Positions 49,305 to 57,753 of a stretch of DNA of 64,000 nt are shown piece by piece. Every line of letters starts with the position of its first letter. The first letter of the stretch is position 1. The DNA is from Candidatus Tagabacteria bacterium (GTDB taxonomy: Bacteria > Patescibacteriota > Minisyncoccia > GCA-002779875): the NCBI GenBank assembly GCA_963820595.1, contig CAWGAO010000007.1:113071-177070 (forward strand). Reading direction: 5' to 3'. The position numbers and the translations under genes were made by a program. The notes beneath the pieces were generated by a model. That model was not told the DNA's origin. It searched no databases and worked only from the letters and a program-made list of their open reading frames with translations.

Positions 49305-52300
49305 TTACGCTTCTAAATTATCATTAAACTCATCCAGCTCCACATCCAAGCAAAGACCTTTAAGTTCGTTAAGTAAAACATAAAAAGAAGCGGGCAGATG
49401 AGGATTTTTAAATTTCTCTCCTCTCACGATGGCTTCATAAGCGCTGGTCCTGCCCAACATATCATCCGATTTAATGGTAAGCATTTCCTGCAAAGTGTGG
49501 CTGGCGCCGTATCCTTCAAGAGCCCAAACTTCCATTTCTCCGAAACGCTGACCTCCTCCTTGAGCTTTACCTCCTAAAGGCTGCTGAGTGATAAGAGAGT
49601 ACGGGCCGATTGAACGCATATGAATTTTATCTTCGACCATGTGCGCCAATTTCATCATGTAAATATTTCCGACGGTTACTTTTTGCTGGAATGGCTCTCC
49701 TGTTCTGCCGTCATAAAGAGTTACTTTGCCGTCCGCCGGCAATCCCGATTTTTGCATTTCATCAATAATCTCCTCGTCGGAAGCGCCGTTTAAAGAAGGA
49801 CAAATCGCCTGATAGCCGAGCTTTAAAGCGGCCCAGCCAAGATGAGTTTCAAGAATTTGACCGATATTCATGCGCGAAGCAACACCCAAAGGATTTAAAA
49901 TAATATCCACTGGCGTGCCGTCCTCAAGATAAGGCATATCTTCCGGAGGCAAAATCCTTGAAATAACGCCTTTATTGCCGTGACGGCCGGCAAGTTTGTC
50001 GCCCACCGAAATTTTGCGAATTTGGGCAATTTCGACGCGAACCTGTTTGATGACACCGACATCCAACTTGTCGCCTCTGTCTCGGGAGAAAACTTTTACG
50101 CCGACGACTCTTCCCTGTTTGCCGTGCTCAAGTCTAAGACTGGTATCTTTGACGTCGCGCGCTTTTTCTCCGAAGAAGGACCTTAACAAGCGCTCTTCGG
50201 GCGTCAATTCCGCTTCGCCTTTCGGGGAAATCTTGCCGACTAGAATGTCGCCCGCCCTGACCTCGGCGCCGACACGGACAATTCCTTCTTCATCAAGGTC
50301 TTTAAGTTTTTCTTCGCCTACGTTCGGAATATCGTAAGTGGTTATTTCCGGACCCAATTTGGTGTCTCTAACGTCCACGAAAAATTCTTCGACGTGGACG
50401 GAGGTGAATTTGTCAGCTTCAACTAACCGACGCGACAATATTATCGCGTCTTCGAAATTGGCTCCGCTCCAGGAAAGAAAAGCGACGGTAACGTTCTGAC
50501 CCAAAGCCAACTGTCCCCTGTCGCTCGAGGCCGTATCGGCAAGAACCTGACCTTTAGCAACTTCTTCTCCGACATTTACAATGGGGCGCTGATGGATTGT
50601 CGTAAAATCGTTTGAGCGCAGAAAATTAACCATTTTATAAACTTTTTCTTTTCCTGATTTATTTTTCATCGCGATGGATGACGCGTCAACATAAGATATT
50701 TTTCCGTCCTCTTCGGCAATAATAAGCCGGCCGCTGTCATGAGCCGCTCTTTCTTCCGTGCCCGTCGCTACGCGCGGCGCTTCGGCAATAAGACAGGGAA
50801 CTGCCTGCCTCTGCATATTTGAACCCATCAAAGCGCGATTCGCGTCGTCGTGTTCCAAAAAAGGAATTAAGCTCGTGGCGATAGAAAAGGCCTGCTGCGG
50901 CGCAACATCTATAAAATCAATTTTGTCTAGGGAAATAATTCCCGGCTGGCCGTGAACGCGGGCTTCAACTTCTTCATCAAGAATCTTTCCAGCCTTATCG
51001 TACTCAATACCGGCATGCGCAATGTTGTATTTTGATTCTTCCGAGGCGTCGAGATAAACAATCTCGGGAGTAATGGCGCCTTTTTTAACTCGCCGATAAG
51101 GCGTTTCAAGAATTCCGTATTCGTTCAAGCGGCTGTAGCTTGCCAAGTGCACGACAAGACCGATAGTCGGACCTTCGGGCGTTTCAATGGGACAAATTCT
51201 GCCGTAATGGGAAATGTGAACGTCGCGCACTTCGAATCCCGCCCTCTCTTTCGTGAGGCCGCCCGGTCCCAAAGCCGAAAGCCGCCTCAAATGCTCGAGT
51301 TCGTCCAGAGTATTCTTCTGGTTCATAAATTGAGAAAGCTGGCTTGTGGTAAAAAATTTCTTTAAAACTGCGGAAAAAAGGCGGCTATTGATAAGATTAA
51401 AGGGCGTTAACACGTCGGGATCGAGCGTCGACATCCGATCCTGAATGTTTCTCTTCATCCGCGCCATTCCAATCCGAAGCTGATTTTGAAGCATTTCTCC
51501 GACCGCCCGAATTCTGCGGTTGCCCAAATGGTCGATATCATCCGGTTGGGCTTCGGGATTATTATTTAAATTAATGACTTCCGAAACAACGGAAATCAAA
51601 TCGCCAACGGATAAAATTCTGGAGGCTTTTTTGATATTTTCGAGCGACAGGCCGAGGCGCTGATTGAATTTATAGCGACCGACGGAAGAAAGGTCATACC
51701 GGCTGGGAGAAAACATATCCTCCAAAAGCTCTTTCGCGTTTTCAACCGTTGCCAGCTCTCCGGGCCTGATACGCTTGTAAATTTCGACGAATGCCTCGTC
51801 TACGGTGGCGGCGTCATCCTTTTCGAGGGTCCGCTTGATGTAAGCGATTTCACTATTGTCGGTTTTTTCGAAACGTTTTTCTATTTCTTTCGAATCCTTT
51901 AAACCAAAAATCCGCAAGAAAGTCGTAGCAGGTATTTTTCTCTTGCGGTCAATGCGAACGTAAATTACGCCGTCGGCGTCGGTTTCCACCTCGATCCAAG
52001 CGCCGCGGTTTGGAATTATTTTCGCTCCGAAAAGTTTTCTGCCGCGCAAAACGTTCATCGTGAAATAAACTCCGAAGGAACGGGCAAGCTGCGAAACCAC
52101 CACCCTTTCAACGCCGTTAACGATAAACGTGCCGTGCGACGTCATTAATGGCATATCGGTCAAAAACACTTCCTGCTCTTTGGACTCTCCCGATTCTTTT
52201 TTCGTGAGCCGCACTTTAATTTTGAGCGGCGTTTCATATGACAAGTTATTCGCTTTAGCCCAATACTCGTCAAACTTCGGCTCATCGATGGAGTAATCCG

Positions 52301-52517
52301 TGAATTCCAAAACAAATTCTTTCCCCGCATAATCGTTAATCGGGGAAAATTCCTGAAATAGTTCCTTAAGCCCTTCTTTTAAAAACCAAGAGAAAGAATT
52401 TAATTGGATTTCCACCAAATTCGGCAGAGGTATAAAAGGCTCCTTGTATTTTGAAAAAAATTTCTTTACCAAATTTATATGAGCGTTAGCGAATAATAAA
52501 TTTGCGTACCCCCTCAC
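49305..52517 (-). CDS. rpoB: DNA-directed RNA polymerase subunit beta
   Basis: 1070 aa with canonical RpoB blocks (GTFIVNGVERVVVSQL, SQLSQFMNQKN, GRHGNKGVIS, GEMEVWALEGYGA). The start is uncertain: the track GTG at 52517 lies inside the inverted repeat flanking the GIY-YIG gene, and a downstream TTG is possible. Confidence 0.95.
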   Translation of the reverse strand: MRGYANLLFANAHINLVKKFFSKYKEPFIPLPNLVEIQLNSFSWFLKEGLKELFQEFSPINDYAGKEFVLEFTDYSIDEPKFDEYWAKANNLSYETPLKIKVRLTKKESGESKEQEVFLTDMPLMTSHGTFIVNGVERVVVSQLARSFGVYFTMNVLRGRKLFGAKIIPNRGAWIEVETDADGVIYVRIDRKRKIPATTFLRIFGLKDSKEIEKRFEKTDNSEIAYIKRTLEKDDAATVDEAFVEIYKRIRPGELATVENAKELLEDMFSPSRYDLSSVGRYKFNQRLGLSLENIKKASRILSVGDLISVVSEVINLNNNPEAQPDDIDHLGNRRIRAVGEMLQNQLRIGMARMKRNIQDRMSTLDPDVLTPFNLINSRLFSAVLKKFFTTSQLSQFMNQKNTLDELEHLRRLSALGPGGLTKERAGFEVRDVHISHYGRICPIETPEGPTIGLVVHLASYSRLNEYGILETPYRRVKKGAITPEIVYLDASEESKYNIAHAGIEYDKAGKILDEEVEARVHGQPGIISLDKIDFIDVAPQQAFSIATSLIPFLEHDDANRALMGSNMQRQAVPCLIAEAPRVATGTEERAAHDSGRLIIAEEDGKISYVDASSIAMKNKSGKEKVYKMVNFLRSNDFTTIHQRPIVNVGEEVAKGQVLADTASSDRGQLALGQNVTVAFLSWSGANFEDAIILSRRLVEADKFTSVHVEEFFVDVRDTKLGPEITTYDIPNVGEEKLKDLDEEGIVRVGAEVRAGDILVGKISPKGEAELTPEERLLRSFFGEKARDVKDTSLRLEHGKQGRVVGVKVFSRDRGDKLDVGVIKQVRVEIAQIRKISVGDKLAGRHGNKGVISRILPPEDMPYLEDGTPVDIILNPLGVASRMNIGQILETHLGWAALKLGYQAICPSLNGASDEEIIDEMQKSGLPADGKVTLYDGRTGEPFQQKVTVGNIYMMKLAHMVEDKIHMRSIGPYSLITQQPLGGKAQGGGQRFGEMEVWALEGYGASHTLQEMLTIKSDDMLGRTSAYEAIVRGEKFKNPHLPASFYVLLNELKGLCLDVELDEFNDNLEA

Positions 52518-52800
52518 TCGAAAATTTAATCTTTAAGGCTATTTGTTAATCGACGTTTTAGACTAACAAATGCTTTTGCTCTTCTTTTAATTTGTCTTTC
52601 TCTTTCACGAGCATCCTTTTTGGATTTATAAGATTCGTAATAAATAATCTCAAATGGTCGTCTCTTTTTCGTTGAAATTACTTTTCCACTATTATGTTTT
52701 TTTAATCTTTTCCGTAAGTCATCGCTATATCCGAAATACAAATCTTTATCTCTGCGTGATTTCAAAATATAGAAATAAAACATGAATTTTCGAGTGAGGG
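52511..52800. repeat. Perfect 16-bp inverted repeats enclosing the GIY-YIG gene
   Basis: CCCTCACTCGAAAATT (52511-52526) and AATTTTCGAGTGAGGG (52785-52800). The stop and start codons of the enclosed gene abut the repeats. Confidence 0.75.
52526..52783 (-). CDS. small GIY-YIG (URI-domain) nuclease family protein, 85 aa
   Basis: MFYFYILKSRRDKDLYFGYSDDLRKRLKKHN...IIYYESYKSKKDARERERQIKR. The track ORF (52526..52870) begins further upstream, but the ATG at 52783 gives the family-typical N-terminus. Confidence 0.75.
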   Translation of the reverse strand: MFYFYILKSRRDKDLYFGYSDDLRKRLKKHNSGKVISTKKRRPFEIIYYESYKSKKDARERERQIKRRAKAFVSLKRRLTNSLKD

Positions 52801-53066
52801 AGTTTGTCAAAATATAGTCGTTCGTCTGAAGCAAACTTCTTATTTTGACAAAAAAATACCTAACAAGCAAAAACGCCCTTTCTAAACTTTTTTCCCAAGG
52901 GAATCCAGATAATTTATTTTTATTTACTTAAATATGGTGAAATAAACCACCCAATATTTAATAATAAATCTATTTAATCCGGACGGCAAGCCCCGCCCAC
53001 TACTAAAAATGAAATATAACAAATCTTCTAAAAATTGTCAAATTTTATCGACCTCCTTCCGTCTTC

Positions 53067-53083
53067 CTAAGGTCCGACCTTGG
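53067..53083. repeat. REP palindrome copy 1 (imperfect)
   Basis: CTAAGGTC C GACCTTGG. Confidence 0.7.
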
Positions 53084-53762
53084 TAACCCCATAATCTAAC
53101 CAAATATCAATGAAATCTTGAAAATCTTTTATGTTTTTAAAATATTCCGGAAAGGCTTTTCTATCCAGGAGATTATTGTTTTCTCCTTTAGTATAATTTG
53201 TATAGCTAGACCATTGATAATTATTTAAAAATTTCTTAATACGGGAAATATCTTTAACTCTTTTGTCCTTCCATGTCGGATCTATTAATTTAATTGGATT
53301 CAGATGGATGTAAGCAAAAATATATTTCAAATAATTGTCGTCATCCAATAATTCAGCGCCAAATCTACCTTGGAATAAACTACCGCTTCTATTATTCTTT
53401 TTATTAAAATACATCGCGTAAGCAGTGTTTAATTTTCGCATAAAATTTGTGATTCCGTTTTCGCTCTTTTCTTTAGTCAGCAAATGAAAATGATTCGGCA
53501 TTAAACAATATGCTCCTATATCCACCAATCGCTCTTTTTTATTTTTCTCCAACATTTCCAAGGTCCGACCTTGGAAATGTTGGAAATGGGAACGACCTTG
53601 AAAATATTCTTTAGTAATTACTGCTTTCCTGCCATTGCATAAAGAAAGTAAAAGCAAAAATCTTTGGTAATCATTCACTTCTAAAAAGATTTTTCTTTTT
53701 TCAACGCCGCGATCATAAATATGATAATAATTTCCTGGAGCGAATTTTATCTTGCGGTTCAT
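53067..53762 (-). CDS. IS200/IS605-type Y1 (HUH) transposase, REP-associated (RAYT-like)
   Basis: NYYHIYDRGV, HUH motif CLMPNHFHLL and catalytic Tyr region YIFAYIHLNP. The likely start is the ATG at 53762 (MNRKIKF). The stop codon lies inside the 3' REP copy. Confidence 0.8.
   Translation of the reverse strand: MNRKIKFAPGNYYHIYDRGVEKRKIFLEVNDYQRFLLLLSLCNGRKAVITKEYFQGRSHFQHFQGRTLEMLEKNKKERLVDIGAYCLMPNHFHLLTKEKSENGITNFMRKLNTAYAMYFNKKNNRSGSLFQGRFGAELLDDDNYLKYIFAYIHLNPIKLIDPTWKDKRVKDISRIKKFLNNYQWSSYTNYTKGENNNLLDRKAFPEYFKNIKDFQDFIDIWLDYGVTKVGP
53551..53581. repeat. REP palindrome copy 2 (31-nt perfect palindrome, inside the transposase ORF)
   Basis: AACATTTCCAAGGTC C GACCTTGGAAATGTT, followed by a tandem duplicate TTGGAAATG and a half-site GACCTTG at about 53595. 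Confidence 0.85.
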
Positions 53763-53778
53763 GAAAATAATTATATTC

Positions 53779-53795
53779 CCAAGGTCGGACCTTGG
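53779..53795. repeat. REP palindrome copy 3
   Basis: CCAAGGTC G GACCTTGG, followed by a half-site GACCTTGG at 53799-53806. Confidence 0.8.
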
Positions 53796-53862
53796 CAAGA
53801 CCTTGGATCTTGTCGGCGGTCGGTAAAAGATGTCGGGAAGGTTAAGTTATTAAGAATAAGTA

Positions 53863-55257
53863 TTAAGGGGTGGTTGACGCGGTTTCTGTGGTAGTAGTTG
53901 CCACGGTTTCCGGTGTAGTAGACACCCCGACGTCCGGTGTCGGGGTAACGGGAATGGTGGTTGAAATAGTTTCCGGCGTGGTGATCGGAGTTGATGTTGC
54001 TGTTAAAATACCAGACGCACCGACGTCCGGTGTCGGGGTAACGGAAGTGATGGTTGAAATAGTTTCCGGCGTGGTGGTCGGAGTCCCGACCTCTCCAAGC
54101 GTCGGGATTGATGATGTAGAATTCTCCGGAAATTCCAAGGCGCTGACAGTGCCAGCTAATGAACCAATGCCAGCCAGCGCTTCGGCTCCACACTCGCCCG
54201 GAGTAGATTTCAAAATTCCGGATTCAAGATAAACGCAAGCAGGTTCGCCGGACAATTTGTCAAAAATAGTGATGCCAGTCGGCTTTTCTTTTGAACCCAC
54301 AACCAGCTGTTCTTTAGCCTGCACATAGTCGGCCGTCATCTCGTGAGTAGTAATCGCGTCGGCGATAAATCCTTTCGCCTGAATCACGCCGTCGGCAATA
54401 ATAATGCCGGCGGTTTTAAATTGCTCCAAAATCCAGTTAAACGCTTGGGATATAACGCTGTCGCTAGTAGTAGCGTTTCCAAGGTCCGACCTTGGAAAAG
54501 TGAACGGAGTGCTGGAGGCCATAATATTTTCCAGATTCGCGACTCGCAATTCCAAATCCGCGATTTTTGTTTCGCTGTCTGTTATTCTTTGTTCGTGATT
54601 TTTGATTATGGGTTCGTCTTCCAAGGCAAGCCGGTACTGGCTTAAATTAACAAATACTAAAATCTTTCCGACGGCATTTCTATCGTAAGTTATTGTCCCA
54701 TCAACTGCTACTTGTCCTGAGCCTGTCGAAGGAAAATCTTCCAAGGCAATGCCGACTGTTTGTTGAGAAGACGTCCCCGCTCTCATTCCCACGCCTGAAG
54801 TATTTGAAACAGTAATCCTGTCCCCTATTTTGATTTCTCCTCCGTCAAGATTAACCTTGACCGGAACGCGGCCGGAAAGAGCCACGGGTATAGTGGTGGC
54901 TGTTAATGAACCGTTTCCAAGGTCCGACCTTGGAAAAGAATTTCCCAAAAGAACGCCGGGTTTTTCGGAAACAACGCCGATAATCGAGTCTGTGGAAGAA
55001 CCGGCTTTTTCAATGAAAACTTTGTCGCTTCCAAGGTCCGACCTTGGAAAAGCAACAGGGGCGACTATGTCGCCAGCTTCAAGACTGATGTCATTTGTCG
55101 GATAGTTTTCCGCGACATCGGAAGAAACAGTATTAAAAGATGAAGCGGAAACGCTACCGCCAACGTCAACATTTCCGCTGGCGAAAACGCCGCCGTTGGC
55201 AAAAACATCGCCGTTAACATCTAACTTATAACCCAACGGCGAAGTCGTTGAACCCAT
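53863..55257 (-). CDS. fibre-like surface protein with a coiled-coil and a Thr/Pro-rich C-terminus; carries three in-frame REP insertions
   Basis: 464 aa. The N-terminus ...KLDVNGDVFANGG...SDVAENYP resembles the repeat modules of the upstream fibre genes. It has a coiled-coil (IADLELRVANLENI) and three FPRSDLG motifs. Confidence 0.7.
   Translation of the reverse strand: MGSTTSPLGYKLDVNGDVFANGGVFASGNVDVGGSVSASSFNTVSSDVAENYPTNDISLEAGDIVAPVAFPRSDLGSDKVFIEKAGSSTDSIIGVVSEKPGVLLGNSFPRSDLGNGSLTATTIPVALSGRVPVKVNLDGGEIKIGDRITVSNTSGVGMRAGTSSQQTVGIALEDFPSTGSGQVAVDGTITYDRNAVGKILVFVNLSQYRLALEDEPIIKNHEQRITDSETKIADLELRVANLENIMASSTPFTFPRSDLGNATTSDSVISQAFNWILEQFKTAGIIIADGVIQAKGFIADAITTHEMTADYVQAKEQLVVGSKEKPTGITIFDKLSGEPACVYLESGILKSTPGECGAEALAGIGSLAGTVSALEFPENSTSSIPTLGEVGTPTTTPETISTITSVTPTPDVGASGILTATSTPITTPETISTTIPVTPTPDVGVSTTPETVATTTTETASTTP
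53880..54075. repeat. 93-nt tandem repeat (two full units plus a partial one) in the 3' end of the 464-aa gene
   Basis: The units carry the hairpin palindrome CCCCGACGTCCGGTGTCGGGG (53925-53945; second copy at 54019-54038) and encode a Thr/Pro-rich TTPETIST..VTPTPDVG sequence. Confidence 0.6.
54476..54498. repeat. REP palindrome copy 4 (inside a coding sequence)
   Basis: TTTCCAAGGTC C GACCTTGGAAA, read as FPRSDLG in ORF 53863..55257. Confidence 0.85.
54914..54936. repeat. REP palindrome copy 5 (inside a coding sequence)
   Basis: TTTCCAAGGTC C GACCTTGGAAA, read as FPRSDLG. Confidence 0.85.
55029..55049. repeat. REP palindrome copy 6 (inside a coding sequence)
   Basis: TTCCAAGGTC C GACCTTGGAA, read as FPRSDLG. 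Confidence 0.85.
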
Positions 55258-55299
55258 ACCTATCCCGACCTGTCCGCCGAAGAGGACGTTGCCAAAACG

Positions 55300-56925
55300 T
55301 CAATATTCATAAACGGCGTTGATTGTGCCGAAAGCGGAATCAATGCCAATGCCGTAATAAAGCGGTGAAATCTGCTGCTGCTGTTCCTGTATCCCTGCGG
55401 TCAGAATCGCCTCAAAGCCCGAAGGATTATACATATAGTATCCGTTGGCCGCCAGAGTAATGAATTCTGGCACCACTTTCATCATCTCTTGGGCAATAAA
55501 GCCATACATAACTGTATCAGTAGAAGTGCCGTATAATTGCTGATGCAAAGCGTTCCACTCATATTTAATGGGGTGCATTTGGGAAATCTTATCCAGAGCC
55601 GTTCCCTTGAGCTCGCCCAAAATATTCTTTAACCTGGCATCGGACTGATTTTCCCAAGCAGTGCCGCCCACGGTCTTACCTGCATCGCCCACAACCTCCA
55701 ATTTGTAGGTTGCGGGGTTAATTTGCCCGATGCCGACGTTGCCGCCAGCTGGATTAAGGGATATTGGTTCTGCGGCGCTTGAATACGATCTTGCCTGTAT
55801 GTAGTATCCCCAACCTGCTCCAGCATCCCAACTCATCACCATCTCGGCATTTCCACCAGGAACATCCAATCCAAATGCTGCGGGTGAATGATAAGTCAAG
55901 CTCGGAGTCGCATAACTGTAACCGGACTGATGAATGGCATAGCTCGGATTCGTCGTCCCGATGCCGACGTTGCCACCTGTTTGGAATGTTACTCTAGTAG
56001 TACCAGCATTCAAAGGATCACCATTTTGAGCATTAGACTCTCGCAGTTCAAGGGTATTATCAGCAGACCAAGGAGACACCAATGCCCAATTATGACTATT
56101 GCTGGAGGGGAAAGTAGAATACCATTGGTAATTAGGATAGTACCCTTCACTACGAATTCCGTCACCAGCCGCATATGTTACTCCATGATATTCGTGAAGC
56201 TTCGCCCCCGGCGTCGTCGTCCCGATGCCGACGCTGCCGCTCTTATCAATTCTCATTCGTTCTCCTGAAGAGATACCACTGTCATGAGTGTGAAACGCAA
56301 GGTATCCCTCGCCTGTTCCGGCCGGCGGACCAAACTCTATACCAGAAAATCCGGAGTTGGCTCCAAATGAAGCACCAGTAGCTGTCCCGATATACTTTGA
56401 AGCTGTTGCTGTTTCTTTTCCTATCTGAATCCAATCGTTATTACCATCTCCTGAGTTTATAGACAATATTCCTTCCGGACTCGCCGTCCCGATGCCGACG
56501 TTGCCAGTGCTTCCCTTTATTCTCATATACTCTGTCAACGTTCCCGCACCATTCATAACCCAAAAAGCCAAATCGGCATCATTACCCAAAGAGGGATTAT
56601 AATTTCTAATTTCTGATCCAGCCCCCGCATTTGTTGAACTGTGCTGAAAACCGATAGCCGCATAATCTCCAGATGAAACAGAATTTTGATAGACAGACAA
56701 AACTCGGGTATTTACTACGCCATTAACTCCCAGCTTATGAGCTGGCGCCGTCGTCCCGATGCCGACGTTGCCGTTATACGTCCCACCTAAACCGATATAC
56801 ATAGTAGTTGCGCCACCGGCATAAGTCTGAAAATAATAGCCGTTTGTGGTACCACTTGAAACAATCGCCCGATAGGCGCCGTTAATTGCATCCTGACAAT
56901 ATCCGGCGGAGCAGCCAGTACACAA
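55300..56925 (-). CDS. fibre protein C-terminal portion with a peptidase-S74 intramolecular chaperone domain
   Basis: Six GNVGIG/GSVGIG modules, then ...WENQSDARLKNILGEL...HPIKYEWN...YGFIAQEMMKVVPEF, the endosialidase/tail-fibre chaperone signature with the SDxRxK autocleavage site. It joins 56787..57260 across a G-run frame break near 56935-56945. Confidence 0.8.
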   Translation of the reverse strand: MCTGCSAGYCQDAINGAYRAIVSSGTTNGYYFQTYAGGATTMYIGLGGTYNGNVGIGTTAPAHKLGVNGVVNTRVLSVYQNSVSSGDYAAIGFQHSSTNAGAGSEIRNYNPSLGNDADLAFWVMNGAGTLTEYMRIKGSTGNVGIGTASPEGILSINSGDGNNDWIQIGKETATASKYIGTATGASFGANSGFSGIEFGPPAGTGEGYLAFHTHDSGISSGERMRIDKSGSVGIGTTTPGAKLHEYHGVTYAAGDGIRSEGYYPNYQWYSTFPSSNSHNWALVSPWSADNTLELRESNAQNGDPLNAGTTRVTFQTGGNVGIGTTNPSYAIHQSGYSYATPSLTYHSPAAFGLDVPGGNAEMVMSWDAGAGWGYYIQARSYSSAAEPISLNPAGGNVGIGQINPATYKLEVVGDAGKTVGGTAWENQSDARLKNILGELKGTALDKISQMHPIKYEWNALHQQLYGTSTDTVMYGFIAQEMMKVVPEFITLAANGYYMYNPSGFEAILTAGIQEQQQQISPLYYGIGIDSAFGTINAVYEY

Positions 56926-57753
56926 TACCGCAGAGGCCCCGGCGTGAACGTGCCGGTTGTCGCTATAATATTTCCGGCTGTCGATGTAATATTTCCAGAA
57001 CCGGAATAAGTGGTCCCGCCGCTGATGGCTCCGGAAAGAGTCAAGCTGGTAACCGCCGCCAATGCGCCTGCATTTTCAGTTACTGTCCCCCAGGCGCCAG
57101 TGCCTGCTGTTCCGCTGTTCTTTAAGATTTGGTTGGATGCACCGCCTGCCGGAAGATGGATATTCCCGGCTGTCGTGAGCGTGGGCAATAGTGATAGCGG
57201 TTCCAGCCGTGGCGTGCAGCATATATGCATCTGCGGTGATTGATAAGGCGCCGGAGACACCTAAAGCAGCGCTGATATGCTTATCATCAACTCGGTCTAC
57301 GTTTAAGTTTGATACTTTTGTCGTGGAAGTTATTACAAATGGAGCTGTCCCGTCAGCTTTGGTATTAGTAAGCTGGTCGTTCATGGACAAGGTGGTAACC
57401 GCCGCTAAAGCACCGGCATTTTCAGTTACTGTCCCCCAGGCGCCAGTACCTGCTGTTCCGCTGTTCTTTAAGATTTGGTTGGATGCACCAGCTGCCGGAA
57501 GATGGATATTCCCTGCTGTCGTGAGGTGGGCAATAGTGATAGCGGTTCCAGCCGTGGCGTGCAGCATATATGCATCTGCGGTGATTGATAAGGCGCCGGA
57601 GACACCTACAGCAGCGCTGATATGCTTATCATCAACTCGGTCTACGTTTAAGTTTGATACTTTTGTCGTGGAAGTTATTACAAATGGAGCTGTCCCGTCA
57701 GCTTTGGTATTAGTAAGCTGGTCGTTCATGGACAAGGTGGTGATACCACCCAA
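56787..57753 (-). CDS. fibre protein fragments carrying 351-nt tandem repeats
   Basis: ORFs 57076..57753 and 56787..57260 repeat the unit ...TTLSMNDQLTNTKADGTAPFVITSTTKVSNLNVDRVDDKHIS...TAGNIHLPAAGASNQILKNSGTAGTGAWGTVTENAGALAAV. The frames are linked by a 1-nt insertion relative to the upstream repeat copy. Confidence 0.5.

Larger units (their letters stand above)
53067..53795 (-). mobile_element. RAYT-like unit: Y1/HUH transposase gene bracketed by palindromic REP copies
   Basis: REP copies at 53067-53083 and 53779-53795 have opposite central bases (C and G) and flank the transposase ORF. Confidence 0.7.

Noticed and set aside
53067-55049. The palindrome as a sequencing linker or adaptor artefact
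   Set aside because: It does not match any linker I know. Copy length and flanks vary. Every genic copy preserves the reading frame. It is associated with a matching HUH transposase. Read-level confirmation is still advisable.
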